Of a stretch of DNA of 64,000 bases, positions 46,131-54,987 are shown piece after piece. Below the pieces are notes generated by a model. That model was given only the letters and a program-made list of their open reading frames with translations. It searched no databases and was not told the origin of the DNA. This DNA is from a virus, in IMG/VR virus record IMGVR_UViG_3300035698_014365, positions 1-64,000 of that record; one strand, given 5' to 3'. The translations under genes and the position numbers were made by a program. The first letter of the stretch is position 1, and each line of letters begins with the position of its first letter.

Positions 46131-46794
46131 CTGGCTTCTTCTTCCATGTATCCTTGAGTGTTCCGTGCTTGGAGGCAGACGTGCGCCGTATCAGCGCAAG
46201 GCCAAACCCGTAGGGCAGTGTGAGGGTTTCTATGTCGTTTTGGTACTTTCTCTGGAGATTGCCAACAGCAGTCGCCACATTGTACTTGCCGGGGAGCGCA
46301 TCGTGAACCGCGATGATACCGTTCCGGGCCATCAGCTTCACCGCGCGCTTCAGATCCTTGTAGCAGCTCTCGACAGACTTCTTGCGGGTGCTCATGTAGT
46401 CCAGAAACAGGAAGTCAAATCCCTTGAGTGACTGTGGGTGTGTCCAGAAATCACCACTGTCGCCCTGCAGGTACGTCACCCAGTCGATGCCTGCGGCGTC
46501 GAGCATATAGCTATAGTCGAAGCGGTCGCAGGTGATGAAGTCGCCACCATTGAGAAGGGCCACGTGGCCAAGGACAAAGGACGAGCGGCCAAAGCCAATC
46601 TCGCCAATGCGCGTAGCGCCCAAACCAAAGCATATGTCCACAAGCGTGCAGAGGTGCGCGGATGTTGAATACCCGAGGCTGGGATCGATGTTGAGCGCCC
46701 AGCACGCCAGCATGTACCGAAGCGGGTGTGCTTGGGCGCTGACGATTGGGAGTTCTTCAAGGAGCGTCTCCTGGCAATGCATTCTCTTAGGCAT
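46114..46794 (-). CDS. Class I SAM methyltransferase (Methyltransf_24-like)
   Basis: GEIG.GRSS, GDS, FDFLFLD, NGIIAVHD. Confidence 0.85.
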   Translation of the reverse strand: MPKRMHCQETLLEELPIVSAQAHPLRYMLACWALNIDPSLGYSTSAHLCTLVDICFGLGATRIGEIGFGRSSFVLGHVALLNGGDFITCDRFDYSYMLDAAGIDWVTYLQGDSGDFWTHPQSLKGFDFLFLDYMSTRKKSVESCYKDLKRAVKLMARNGIIAVHDALPGKYNVATAVGNLQRKYQNDIETLTLPYGFGLALIRRTSASKHGTLKDTWKKKPDAHTA

Positions 46795-46966
46795 CACTAC
46801 CGTCCCCGGCATTGTTCAACAACGCGCAATACGCCTCGCCAAGGGACTCTACGGATTTGGCAAGAGCGGGATTGCAGTCAAACTCGCTACTCTTTATGAG
46901 GTTGCGGATCTTTGCAAGAACTTCCATGCGTGTCTCTAAACGGACTTTCGTTTCATTGTCTCCCAC
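46787..46966 (-). CDS. 59-aa hypothetical protein, absent from the ORF track
   Basis: Translated by hand from GTG 46966 with GGAGG upstream; fills the gap. Confidence 0.5.
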   Translation of the reverse strand: MGDNETKVRLETRMEVLAKIRNLIKSSEFDCNPALAKSVESLGEAYCALLNNAGDGSDA

Positions 46967-46980
46967 AACACCCTCCTCGC

Positions 46981-47733
46981 TTAGGTGAACTTCGTATTCT
47001 CTCGGGTAATACCTTCCCGCTTGAGTTGTTTGATGCGCTTCTTGAACTGCTTCTTCAGTTCCGCGTTCTTCTTCTCGTCCAGCCGGCGAACCTTGTGCAT
47101 CTGGCCCTCGTGCTTCCGATAACGCGCCACCACCTTCTTGAGCTTGTAATCCTTCACGAGCTTCGGTAGCGGGCTGTCAGGGTGCACGCCCAGCCGATAG
47201 ATAAATTCCTTGTCCCCCATCGACCTCAGTGCCTCGTAGTACAGCCCAAACCTGTCGTACACTGAGCGGCGCCACATGCGTCCCTGCGCGTGGCAGAAAG
47301 TTTTTTTGTTTACACCGCGGAAGTCGTCGCCACCGTACCAACGGTCTGCGTAGCCATGGACAAGGTCAACCTCCGGGTGTTCGTCAAATATGCGCACGGC
47401 ATCTTCCAGCGCATTCGGTGTTAAGACGTCGTCGGCGTCTATCAGGCGGATGAATTCTCCCTGAGATGCGAGTATTCCGGTGTTCTTGGCGGTGTTGTAG
47501 CCAAAATTCCTTGGGTGCTCTATAATGTGAAAGCGCCCACGGGGCTTGCCTGTGTCGGCAACGCTGTAGTAGAGCATGTACGAGCCAATTTCATCGAGTT
47601 CTTCCGGGCGGCTCCCATCATCAACGATAATGCACTCAAAGTCCTCGAACGCCTGCGCCTCAATACTCTCAAGGCAGTCGTCCAAATAAGTGGCATAATT
47701 GAAATGGGGCACCACGATCGATACCCTAGGCAT
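46981..47733 (-). CDS. GT-A (GT2) glycosyltransferase
   Basis: VSIVVPHFN, IIVDDGS, AKNTGI, LIDADD. Confidence 0.95.
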   Translation of the reverse strand: MPRVSIVVPHFNYATYLDDCLESIEAQAFEDFECIIVDDGSRPEELDEIGSYMLYYSVADTGKPRGRFHIIEHPRNFGYNTAKNTGILASQGEFIRLIDADDVLTPNALEDAVRIFDEHPEVDLVHGYADRWYGGDDFRGVNKKTFCHAQGRMWRRSVYDRFGLYYEALRSMGDKEFIYRLGVHPDSPLPKLVKDYKLKKVVARYRKHEGQMHKVRRLDEKKNAELKKQFKKRIKQLKREGITRENTKFT

Positions 47734-48304
47734 ATTTCTTCGCCTCCCTTATCCAGCGACTGTCCTCACGCGAGTGGCCCTTGCCATGCCAAATCACAGA
47801 CTCGCGGTCAAAATGGTTGTCATTGAACTTGGTCTCCAGTGGAATCAATCTCACAACAGACTTCTTCCACACCTTCCACAGGTATCGCTGGTCGTCAAGC
47901 CACTTCTTGGCTTTCATCACACCACGCAGCCAGTTGGCAACCAGTTCCTCTGTCTCAGGTGAGCGCCCGATTGCCATGACGCCGGTGTTGAATATCGAGC
48001 AGTCGGCTATTCCGGGGCGATACATCACCTTCAGCGTCCCGGGCTCCACATCTGACCAAAAATCATCGAGTGGCGCACGCACGATGGTGTCAACGTCCAC
48101 CCACCCCACCCGTGTCCACCCGCGCTGAAACGCTTGGTGAAACAGCTTCACGCGACCCATTGCTGCCTCAATGCGATCGCCGGTGGGAAATGTGACCTCC
48201 TTGAGATCCTGATCGGGGTCATTCCTCTTGATAGAGGCCACGCACACCTTGCGCATCTCCATGCATTCGGTGTTCTCGTTACATCCTGTGAGTAGCAGGC
48301 CCAA
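47726..48304 (-). CDS. GT-A nucleotide-diphospho-sugar transferase (GT8/GT77-like)
   Basis: WVDVDTIV, FNTGVM, DQ..L, FN...IWH; TTG start after GGAGG. Confidence 0.8.
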   Translation of the reverse strand: MGLLLTGCNENTECMEMRKVCVASIKRNDPDQDLKEVTFPTGDRIEAAMGRVKLFHQAFQRGWTRVGWVDVDTIVRAPLDDFWSDVEPGTLKVMYRPGIADCSIFNTGVMAIGRSPETEELVANWLRGVMKAKKWLDDQRYLWKVWKKSVVRLIPLETKFNDNHFDRESVIWHGKGHSREDSRWIREAKKYA

Positions 48305-48312
48305 AAGTCCTC

Positions 48313-48948
48313 CTATGCGCAGTCCACACACCACCAGCGCTTGGTTTTTGTACAGTAGACAATGTCCCCCAGTTTTGGAATCTTGTCGCCGCCGCAAATC
48401 GTTATGCCGAGCTTCTTTGTCGCCTTGTACACTTTTCTCGCAAATGCCAGATATCCCTCGGGTGTATGGAGCGGGTGCTCGGCCCTGTCGAGGCAATTGA
48501 AATCATACGGCAGCCCGCTCGCATACACGTTCCAAGCATCTTCAGGATAGTGGACGTGCACCATCTTTATTGCCCACGCCTTCGCCGACCTTCTTTTTCC
48601 TCGGACGAGGAGATCGAGCTTTACGTGGACTATTTTTGTTGCCTTCGGGGTTATCCCCGCCGCCGCCATCCGCACTCGGTTCTTCCAGTCCTTCATCAGG
48701 GCTCTCTTCTTGTACACCTTGAACTCCGGGAGCTGGACAAACACCTTCATCCCCTTGTCCTTCTTGTACCGGAAGTACGCTCCCGTCATCCCCTTCGGGA
48801 CTACCTTCTCCGTCCCGTCCGGCAGCGTCCACAGCAGGCTGTGCACTCCCTTGATCAGGCCGTCCTTGTCCGAGTTCCGGTGTATCCCGTCCAGCGGAGC
48901 CTTCACCCTCGACCTCTTTATCTCCGTCAGTGTCCCCTGAATCTTCAT
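48313..48948 (-). CDS. Protein-kinase-like fold protein (small-molecule/sugar kinase candidate)
   Basis: G..G.Y, GMKVF, AGITPK, AIKMVHV, KLGI...D...GDIV, WWCVD follow the PKL motif order. Confidence 0.55.
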   Translation of the reverse strand: MKIQGTLTEIKRSRVKAPLDGIHRNSDKDGLIKGVHSLLWTLPDGTEKVVPKGMTGAYFRYKKDKGMKVFVQLPEFKVYKKRALMKDWKNRVRMAAAGITPKATKIVHVKLDLLVRGKRRSAKAWAIKMVHVHYPEDAWNVYASGLPYDFNCLDRAEHPLHTPEGYLAFARKVYKATKKLGITICGGDKIPKLGDIVYCTKTKRWWCVDCA

Positions 48949-49573
48949 TCTTCCTCCTGCCAATAACGTCCGCGAACCTCTTTTCAAGGCCCCAGTGCAC
49001 CTCACACTCAAACCCGGCCTCCTCCAGCCACGTAATAACGGTGCTGTTCTTCTCGAAATGCTGGGAGTTGTGCTCGCGCCAGTCCTTCCCCTTCTTGCGA
49101 TTGGTGCGTTCCTTCGTGCGGTTCTGGATAATCACGAGGCTGCAGTGCGGAAGAATGTGCTCTGCCACTGCGGCGAGCTCTTTGTTGGACAGGTGGTACA
49201 GGACAAAGCTGGCGTACATGGCGTTCACCTTGGCTTCCCGCTGCCCCTTGCGTATCTCCCTGCAGAAGTCCTTGGTTGACATCTTGAGAAACTCGACGTT
49301 TTGATTGAACTTCTCGATGTGCTGTGCCGTGACCTGTGCCTGCCCCATGTATCTGTCTGAGAGGTCGATGCCAATCACACTCTTGGCGTAGTGAGCCACC
49401 TCCCACACGTACAGGCCGGCGTTGCAGCCTATCTCCAGCACGTCCATGCCCTCAAACAGGGGGGCAAACTGGGAAAAGAACCTCAGCCTGATGTCGAGCC
49501 TGGGCCAGCGCTGGTAGGCTTTCTCTTTCCACTTTGCCGCGATTTTATCGTACTTATCCTTTGTGAGTTTCAT
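48542..49573 (-). CDS. Class I SAM-dependent methyltransferase with an overlapping acidic tail
   Basis: DVLEIGCNAG, GIDLS, FVLYHL. Confidence 0.85.
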   Translation of the reverse strand: MKLTKDKYDKIAAKWKEKAYQRWPRLDIRLRFFSQFAPLFEGMDVLEIGCNAGLYVWEVAHYAKSVIGIDLSDRYMGQAQVTAQHIEKFNQNVEFLKMSTKDFCREIRKGQREAKVNAMYASFVLYHLSNKELAAVAEHILPHCSLVIIQNRTKERTNRKKGKDWREHNSQHFEKNSTVITWLEEAGFECEVHWGLEKRFADVIGRRKNEDSGDTDGDKEVEGEGSAGRDTPELGQGRPDQGSAQPAVDAAGRDGEGSPEGDDGSVLPVQEGQGDEGVCPAPGVQGVQEESPDEGLEEPSADGGGGDNPEGNKNSPRKARSPRPRKKKVGEGVGNKDGARPLS

Positions 49574-50120
49574 CCCATACCCCTTTCACGAACATAAGTT
49601 TTTTGTCGAACTTCCCTTTATCCATTGAGCCCGGGTGGCGGTCCTCATACCACTCGGCCCATATTGACCTTTTCCCCAAAACCCACCGTGATGCTGCGCG
49701 GCCGGCACCTGTCCATATCTCGGGTCCACCTACCCACGCATTCTTCAGCCCAAATCGGGTCACCCAGAACGGCTCCTCAAGTATCTCTATCGGCTGGCGC
49801 CGGTCGTACCCCTTCTTGCGGATGCTCTCAAACAGCTTGAATCGCTTGGGAAGGTGCACGTTGAGAATATATGCGTCCGTCCATTTGCTCATGCCAATCT
49901 TGAGCCGACGCTGGCGCTCCTTCACATAGCGAGTCTTCTTGAGCTTGCGCCAGTCGAATCCGTGCTTCTCGTACAGCTCCAGCATCTCAACGTGCGGGCT
50001 GTTCATCAGCGACAGATCCCCCTCGTAAATATCCATCGGTGTCACGACCGGGATATACCTGATGTGCAGAGCCTCCAATTGCACCTTCTCTTTGGTGCCC
50101 GTTGAGCGGATGTCACTCAT
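49554..50120 (-). CDS. ParB/sulfiredoxin-like domain protein
   Basis: LFESIRKKGY....PIEI...EIWTGAGRAA...LG...I (variant of the DGxHR motif). Confidence 0.6.
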   Translation of the reverse strand: MSDIRSTGTKEKVQLEALHIRYIPVVTPMDIYEGDLSLMNSPHVEMLELYEKHGFDWRKLKKTRYVKERQRRLKIGMSKWTDAYILNVHLPKRFKLFESIRKKGYDRRQPIEILEEPFWVTRFGLKNAWVGGPEIWTGAGRAASRWVLGKRSIWAEWYEDRHPGSMDKGKFDKKLMFVKGVWDETHKG

Positions 50121-50484
50121 TCTTGACCCCCACAAATTCATTCCACTTTGCCATCAGGCGCATGGGGCAGCTTCTCTTCTGACACTGAACATCGCCAGCG
50201 CCAATTTCCTCAATGAGTCCACAGGTGTCCTCGTGTGAGCCTTCTGTCACCCCGAAGAAGGGGCACTCCTGCTGGATGATATCTGGCCAGTCTAAATAGT
50301 TTTGGAGCGTGGGCATTGAGGAGCGCGCGTGTTCTAGTGGGCAATACTCTTTACAGCAAGAGGGTTCGCCCGGCGAGTACATGTCGGGAGAAATGAGCTC
50401 CTGAATGGAACAGCTCCCATCGTCACAAAGAATGCCAAACGTCGCACATCCTGATTTGTGGTCACCCACCCAGCACCTCCTCAA
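50113..50484 (-). CDS. Cys-rich hypothetical protein
   Basis: Many Cys; abuts neighbours. Confidence 0.55.
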   Translation of the reverse strand: MRRCWVGDHKSGCATFGILCDDGSCSIQELISPDMYSPGEPSCCKEYCPLEHARSSMPTLQNYLDWPDIIQQECPFFGVTEGSHEDTCGLIEEIGAGDVQCQKRSCPMRLMAKWNEFVGVKNE

Positions 50485-51421
50485 AGAAGTTCAGGTAGTC
50501 GTTGGCCACATATCCTATGTCCAGCCTGTCCGGGCGCACAGCCGGCTTCCAGTTCTGGTCTGCCGACATTATCATCGCATTGGCCAGTATGACACGGTCG
50601 AGGCGCGGAGGCTTGCCAAGGTCGATGGGTTTGAACTTGAATTTCTTGTCCTGAATGGAGATGTAATTCCACCCCTCCAGCATCTCCGCTGTGCCACCCT
50701 GGTTGGTGCAAAGCACCGGGGCTCCGGCTCCGACGGCCTCGGCAACACTGTTCGGGCAGGCGTCGAGGTGCACCACGTGAACAAATGTCGATGCTGCCTT
50801 CAGATACGACGCGATGGTGACCTGATCGCACTCTCCCACATAGGTGACGTTGTCGCCCTTGTACTTCTTGTCCTGATCGAGCGCGTTGCCCAGAATGAAC
50901 AGCTTGGACTCCGGGATGCAGGCCATGTTAAACGACAGCACAATATCCTTCAGCCGCTTCTGCGCTATCCACTTGCGCGTACTGGCGACGAATATGTGTC
51001 CCTTCCCGAGGTCGCGTGCAGTGATGACATTGTCGTACCACTCGTAGTCCACACCGTTGTGGATAACCGTCTCTGGGCATTTCGGCTTGCACACGAACGC
51101 ATGGTTGACCTTGCGACTGTATTCTGACTGAAATACGACGGCATCAGCCAGCTTCACCGACTTCTTGCGCTTCGCATTGAGCTTTTCATAGTCCTCGTGC
51201 TTTGACACCCTCGCAGGGCCAATTCTCAGCACGTTCGCCCGGGCACGCGACTTGTACCTGATGTGCCCCACGTGGAGGGCAATATCCACCTTCTTGTCAG
51301 TGTCAGCCGTTACCTCTGCCCCGAGCTTCCCGAGAGCCGTAACGAGGCGCTGAACGAAGAAGCCCTTGCCACTCTTGGCAGCCGACCAGTCTCCATGCTT
51401 CGATGCTATGCAGATCTTCAT
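50462..51421 (-). CDS. GT-B (GT4-like) glycosyltransferase, paralog of 44425-45300
   Basis: GKGFF..RL, VVFQS, VIHNGVD, DACPNSVAEAVGAGAPV. Confidence 0.9.
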   Translation of the reverse strand: MKICIASKHGDWSAAKSGKGFFVQRLVTALGKLGAEVTADTDKKVDIALHVGHIRYKSRARANVLRIGPARVSKHEDYEKLNAKRKKSVKLADAVVFQSEYSRKVNHAFVCKPKCPETVIHNGVDYEWYDNVITARDLGKGHIFVASTRKWIAQKRLKDIVLSFNMACIPESKLFILGNALDQDKKYKGDNVTYVGECDQVTIASYLKAASTFVHVVHLDACPNSVAEAVGAGAPVLCTNQGGTAEMLEGWNYISIQDKKFKFKPIDLGKPPRLDRVILANAMIMSADQNWKPAVRPDRLDIGYVANDYLNFFEEVLGG

Positions 51422-52359
51422 CCCAGTAGCCTCGCCATCTTTGTCATGTTTTCGAGCCTGGTTCCGATGGCCAGCACCCGTTTTCTGCAGTCCGCCCACT
51501 CTGGCGGAACCTCTCGTGCTCGAATTCTCTCTGCTGCTTCTCCCAGCGATCGATAGACAATAGAGTTTGAATCAGTCGAGTAATCTGCCATCCCCCCACG
51601 AGCAGAATCACTGCGAACAATGATGCAGCCACTAAGAGCGGCCTGACTTGCGGCATTGTAGAATCCCTCCAGTTTGTTGGGGGCGAAGAAGTAGTCGCAG
51701 GCCCAGTAGAAATCTTGGAGCTGTTTGGGCTTTGGTTGCCGAATATGTGTCAGCCACCCCTTCTCGTAGCGACTGTTCCCAAACGTCAGCCACTCACACT
51801 CAGCCCCGAGTTTTCTGTGCAGCTTTTTGAAGGCCTTGAATTTCTTGCGCGGCAACTTTGAGTGTTGGCATCCAACAACAGCTCTTCCGCCGAACCGATC
51901 GCGCTCATAGAGGTACTGAAACTCGCTCTCCGCTAACCCCGCAAACACCACCTGCGCTTCCACTCCATGCTGTCGCAGCACCTCGGCGGGCCACGAGCTA
52001 TTGGCCATGACTATGCCACCCTTTTTGTGGAACTTCTTGAGCAGATGAATGATGTCGTGCTCGGGCATTGTCCACGTTTCGTACGGGCGTGCCCAATATG
52101 CCACCCGCTTCCCCTTGGCCTTCTCCATCACCAGCGGAACGTCGTGGATATGGACAGCCACAACCACGTCGGCGTTCTGTGGGATCGTCTCCTTTGGCTT
52201 CGGGTGCTTGAACCATGTGAATCCGTCGTGCGTCGCCACCACCGACACCTTATGCCCCAGATCGCGCAGGGCCTGAGCAGACAACAGGATGGTGCGCGTG
52301 CCACCCGTGTTGTTGAGCTGCCCCCAATAATGGTGGTCGTTGTAGAAGCATATGTTCAT
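51418..52359 (-). CDS. GT-B (GT4-like) glycosyltransferase
   Basis: GGTRTI....AL..LGHKV, EGFYNAASQAALSGC. Confidence 0.9.
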   Translation of the reverse strand: MNICFYNDHHYWGQLNNTGGTRTILLSAQALRDLGHKVSVVATHDGFTWFKHPKPKETIPQNADVVVAVHIHDVPLVMEKAKGKRVAYWARPYETWTMPEHDIIHLLKKFHKKGGIVMANSSWPAEVLRQHGVEAQVVFAGLAESEFQYLYERDRFGGRAVVGCQHSKLPRKKFKAFKKLHRKLGAECEWLTFGNSRYEKGWLTHIRQPKPKQLQDFYWACDYFFAPNKLEGFYNAASQAALSGCIIVRSDSARGGMADYSTDSNSIVYRSLGEAAERIRAREVPPEWADCRKRVLAIGTRLENMTKMARLLG

Positions 52360-53150
52360 AGGAATTTCCCCAGCGCCTTGACGACCTTCTTCACCGGAGG
52401 CTGCCAGTTGTGATCTTGTAAGATTTTGCACGGCGTACCAAATGGTGACCATAGCTTTTTGTACCTGTCTTTATTCGTCCCCTTGATGGCCTTCTCGTAC
52501 TTGTCGTAGGTCATCACAACATGTGGTAGCCCACACAGGCTCGCCAAATGCGCCGGGCCCGACGACGGGCTGAGCATCACCTTGCTCGAGGCCATAATAT
52601 CACACAGCCTTCTCAGCGAAATCCCTCTGAGGTCTTCTGTCCCGGGCACATGATACGCCCCCTTCGTTGTTCCAATACTGCACACGGTGTGTGGCTTCAG
52701 CGCCTCGACAACCTTCACATAGTTCTTCAGCGGCCAGTTGCGATTCTTGTGGTTCGACTTATGGGCGAATTTTGTCTCAGCGCGCGCGTGAATCACAAGG
52801 TTGTACTTCCACGCCCCACTCACCTCGCCGTACTTCACATACTCTCTCGCCCACTTGCAGCACACCTTGCGCCCGGGAGACAGGTGAATGACCTCTCCCA
52901 CCACGGGAATCGGCACATCGAACGACGGCTTAATGCGCAATTTCTTCCCGTTGAAAAACCATCGGTCGGCAACCCCGTCTGGGCTGTATGAAATAAAGTC
53001 GGTCGCAAACTCGTACAGAAACTCGTGCTCAGGCCGACATATCACCGTCACGCGCTCGAATCGTGGGGCAATATGGCGCAACGCTGGAATCCAGGTGGCG
53101 ACACACCATCCAAATTCCATAGAGTCAGGGCCTGCGACGAGGTGTCTCAT
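52356..53150 (-). CDS. GT-B glycosyltransferase, GT9 (heptosyltransferase)-like
   Basis: RNWP...Y, DLRG.SL..L...SSGPAHLASLCGLPHVV. Confidence 0.85.
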   Translation of the reverse strand: MRHLVAGPDSMEFGWCVATWIPALRHIAPRFERVTVICRPEHEFLYEFATDFISYSPDGVADRWFFNGKKLRIKPSFDVPIPVVGEVIHLSPGRKVCCKWAREYVKYGEVSGAWKYNLVIHARAETKFAHKSNHKNRNWPLKNYVKVVEALKPHTVCSIGTTKGAYHVPGTEDLRGISLRRLCDIMASSKVMLSPSSGPAHLASLCGLPHVVMTYDKYEKAIKGTNKDRYKKLWSPFGTPCKILQDHNWQPPVKKVVKALGKFL

Positions 53151-53320
53151 GGTGTGAATCTTACGCACTCTGGTGGGTATTCTGATTCCTGCCCGTTTCC
53201 AGCAGCATCAAACCATTCACAGCAGACGTAGTTGTCGCCAACAAACGTAATAGTCATGTCTGGGCCGCCGCTGTTCAGACAAACCACATAGCCAACTTTC
53301 ATTTTTTCGTCGTCGCTCAT
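53147..53320 (-). CDS. YodC/DUF2158-family small protein (57 aa), absent from the ORF track
   Basis: Hand translation MKVGYVVCLNSGGPDMTI...VCCEWF fits the GDvVxLkSGGPxMTv...CxWF pattern. Confidence 0.8.
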   Translation of the reverse strand: MSDDEKMKVGYVVCLNSGGPDMTITFVGDNYVCCEWFDAAGNGQESEYPPECVRFTP

Positions 53321-54081
53321 CACCACACCGCCTTTCTCATGGGCTTCTTTGCCCGGACAATTTTCTCACATCGCTTCTCAACGACACGCTTCTTCTTCGT
53401 CTTCACATCGCGATAATAGTAGATGAGCCTGTGGATGTGCACACATCGGCTGAGCCCAGCCAGTTCTATCGCCGGCATCATCAGCGCCAAGTCGGAGCAC
53501 GCTGGCAGCCACGCGCCCTTGTGCTTGAAACAATCCTCCGGAATCTGCCTGAACAGCTTCCATTTCATTGTCTTGAGGTGCGAGCCGCGCCACGGATGCT
53601 TCCTGACATTGGCCCCGTCGGGGTAGGCATTCGAAATCTTCGTTCTGCGGCCGACCGACTTCTTCAAATACGAGCCGTAGGTCAGCAGGCACTTCGGGTT
53701 CTTCTGGTAGGCGCGCTCAACAATGCGCAGAGCCTTCGGGTCGAGCTTATCGCCATCCCCGTCCAGAAACACCAGGATATCCTCTGGGTCGAACGGAATA
53801 CTCTCATAGGACGTGTCGCAGTGTTGCTTCTGAATCCAAGGGGCCTTGTATATCTGGCGCGCGACACCGTAGTTCTTCTCACTAACCGATATGGATATCT
53901 TCCCCAGAGGCAGATTTGCATTCCTGCGGAAGCTGTCAACGGCCGTGAGCGTCCTGTCCTCCGGCGCATCCAGTGCTACGTGCGCAACCCACTTCTCACA
54001 CGTCTGGCCGACGAGACTCTTCAGAGTCTTGCCGATCAGATGCTCTGCATTGCGAGCGCGCATGATTACGCGGAACAGCAT
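53320..54081 (-). CDS. GT-A (GT2-like) glycosyltransferase
   Basis: RNAE..I.KTL.SL..Q, VFLDGDGD, LTYG, SHLKT, YYYR. Confidence 0.85.
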   Translation of the reverse strand: MLFRVIMRARNAEHLIGKTLKSLVGQTCEKWVAHVALDAPEDRTLTAVDSFRRNANLPLGKISISVSEKNYGVARQIYKAPWIQKQHCDTSYESIPFDPEDILVFLDGDGDKLDPKALRIVERAYQKNPKCLLTYGSYLKKSVGRRTKISNAYPDGANVRKHPWRGSHLKTMKWKLFRQIPEDCFKHKGAWLPACSDLALMMPAIELAGLSRCVHIHRLIYYYRDVKTKKKRVVEKRCEKIVRAKKPMRKAVW

Positions 54082-54986
54082 CAGCAAATCACCTTTCTGG
54101 AGTTGTGCAGGAGCTTCTTTGTCCCCTTGTCGCTCCCCATGCACGCCTTGGCAATAGCAATCCACTCAGGGTCTTTCCACAGCCTCTTATAGCGCTTCAC
54201 GGCCGTCTCGGTGATGAGTTTGCTGCGACGCCCCTCTTTGAGCCTTCTGGCAAACTTGAAGTCCCCAAGATGGATGTCGCGGTAGCTCGCACTCGACTTC
54301 TGACCATTTGGCATCTCGTTCTTGTGCTTCGGAACCTTGATTCCTGACCCGCGCAGCATCCGGCAGTGCATGACCTCGTCGTACTCCCGATAGCTGCCAA
54401 ACTTGTGCTTATCGAGACCATCCCTCTTCTGTCCGGTCGCAACAGCCTTGTAGAGCGCGCGCTGAGCCTTCACGGCCTTCAGCCATTGTTTCACGTGAAT
54501 CATCACTGTACCACCGCAGATGCGCATGTAGTGGTCGCGCCAGCCGTGCTCACCGTGAATCTTCGGGCGCCAGGGGCGAGTAGACGGGCCCCGGAACGCA
54601 CTGTACGGAACTCCGCCCTTTTTCATCACAGACACGTGGTACTGGAGGTGTGTTGGCGTGTGACGGAAAACGACGAAATCCACGTCCGTGATATACGCAT
54701 ATTTGTAAGGCTTCAGGTAAGCTCGCGGTATCAGCAACCGACAGGCGCCACAGGTTCCCTTCCCGTTCCGATAATTCAGGAATTGATTCTCTATCACATC
54801 CCAGCCCACCATAGACTGAAACGGCTTCGTATTGAGAATCGCAGCAACCCCTGGCAGCAACTTCCCTCGGATTAGTACCTTCACGTCCCACTCTGGGTAC
54901 GCTCGTTTTACCGAGTATATCCACAGGGGAATGAAGAATTCAAACCCGTCGGCGCTGACAACCGTGAATGCACACACCTTCGCCAT
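54081..54986 (-). CDS. GT-A-like transferase, highly basic
   Basis: FIPLWIYS, YAYITDVDF (DxD), IHLG. Confidence 0.6.
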   Translation of the reverse strand: MAKVCAFTVVSADGFEFFIPLWIYSVKRAYPEWDVKVLIRGKLLPGVAAILNTKPFQSMVGWDVIENQFLNYRNGKGTCGACRLLIPRAYLKPYKYAYITDVDFVVFRHTPTHLQYHVSVMKKGGVPYSAFRGPSTRPWRPKIHGEHGWRDHYMRICGGTVMIHVKQWLKAVKAQRALYKAVATGQKRDGLDKHKFGSYREYDEVMHCRMLRGSGIKVPKHKNEMPNGQKSSASYRDIHLGDFKFARRLKEGRRSKLITETAVKRYKRLWKDPEWIAIAKACMGSDKGTKKLLHNSRKVIC

Positions 54987-54987
54987 C

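Noticed and set aside
36392-54986. Island as a host O-antigen/capsule locus (prophage boundary or misassembly)
   Set aside because: It is co-oriented and tightly coupled with phage genes on both sides, is interspersed with phage-type small ORFs, and lacks export, polymerase and NDP-sugar genes.
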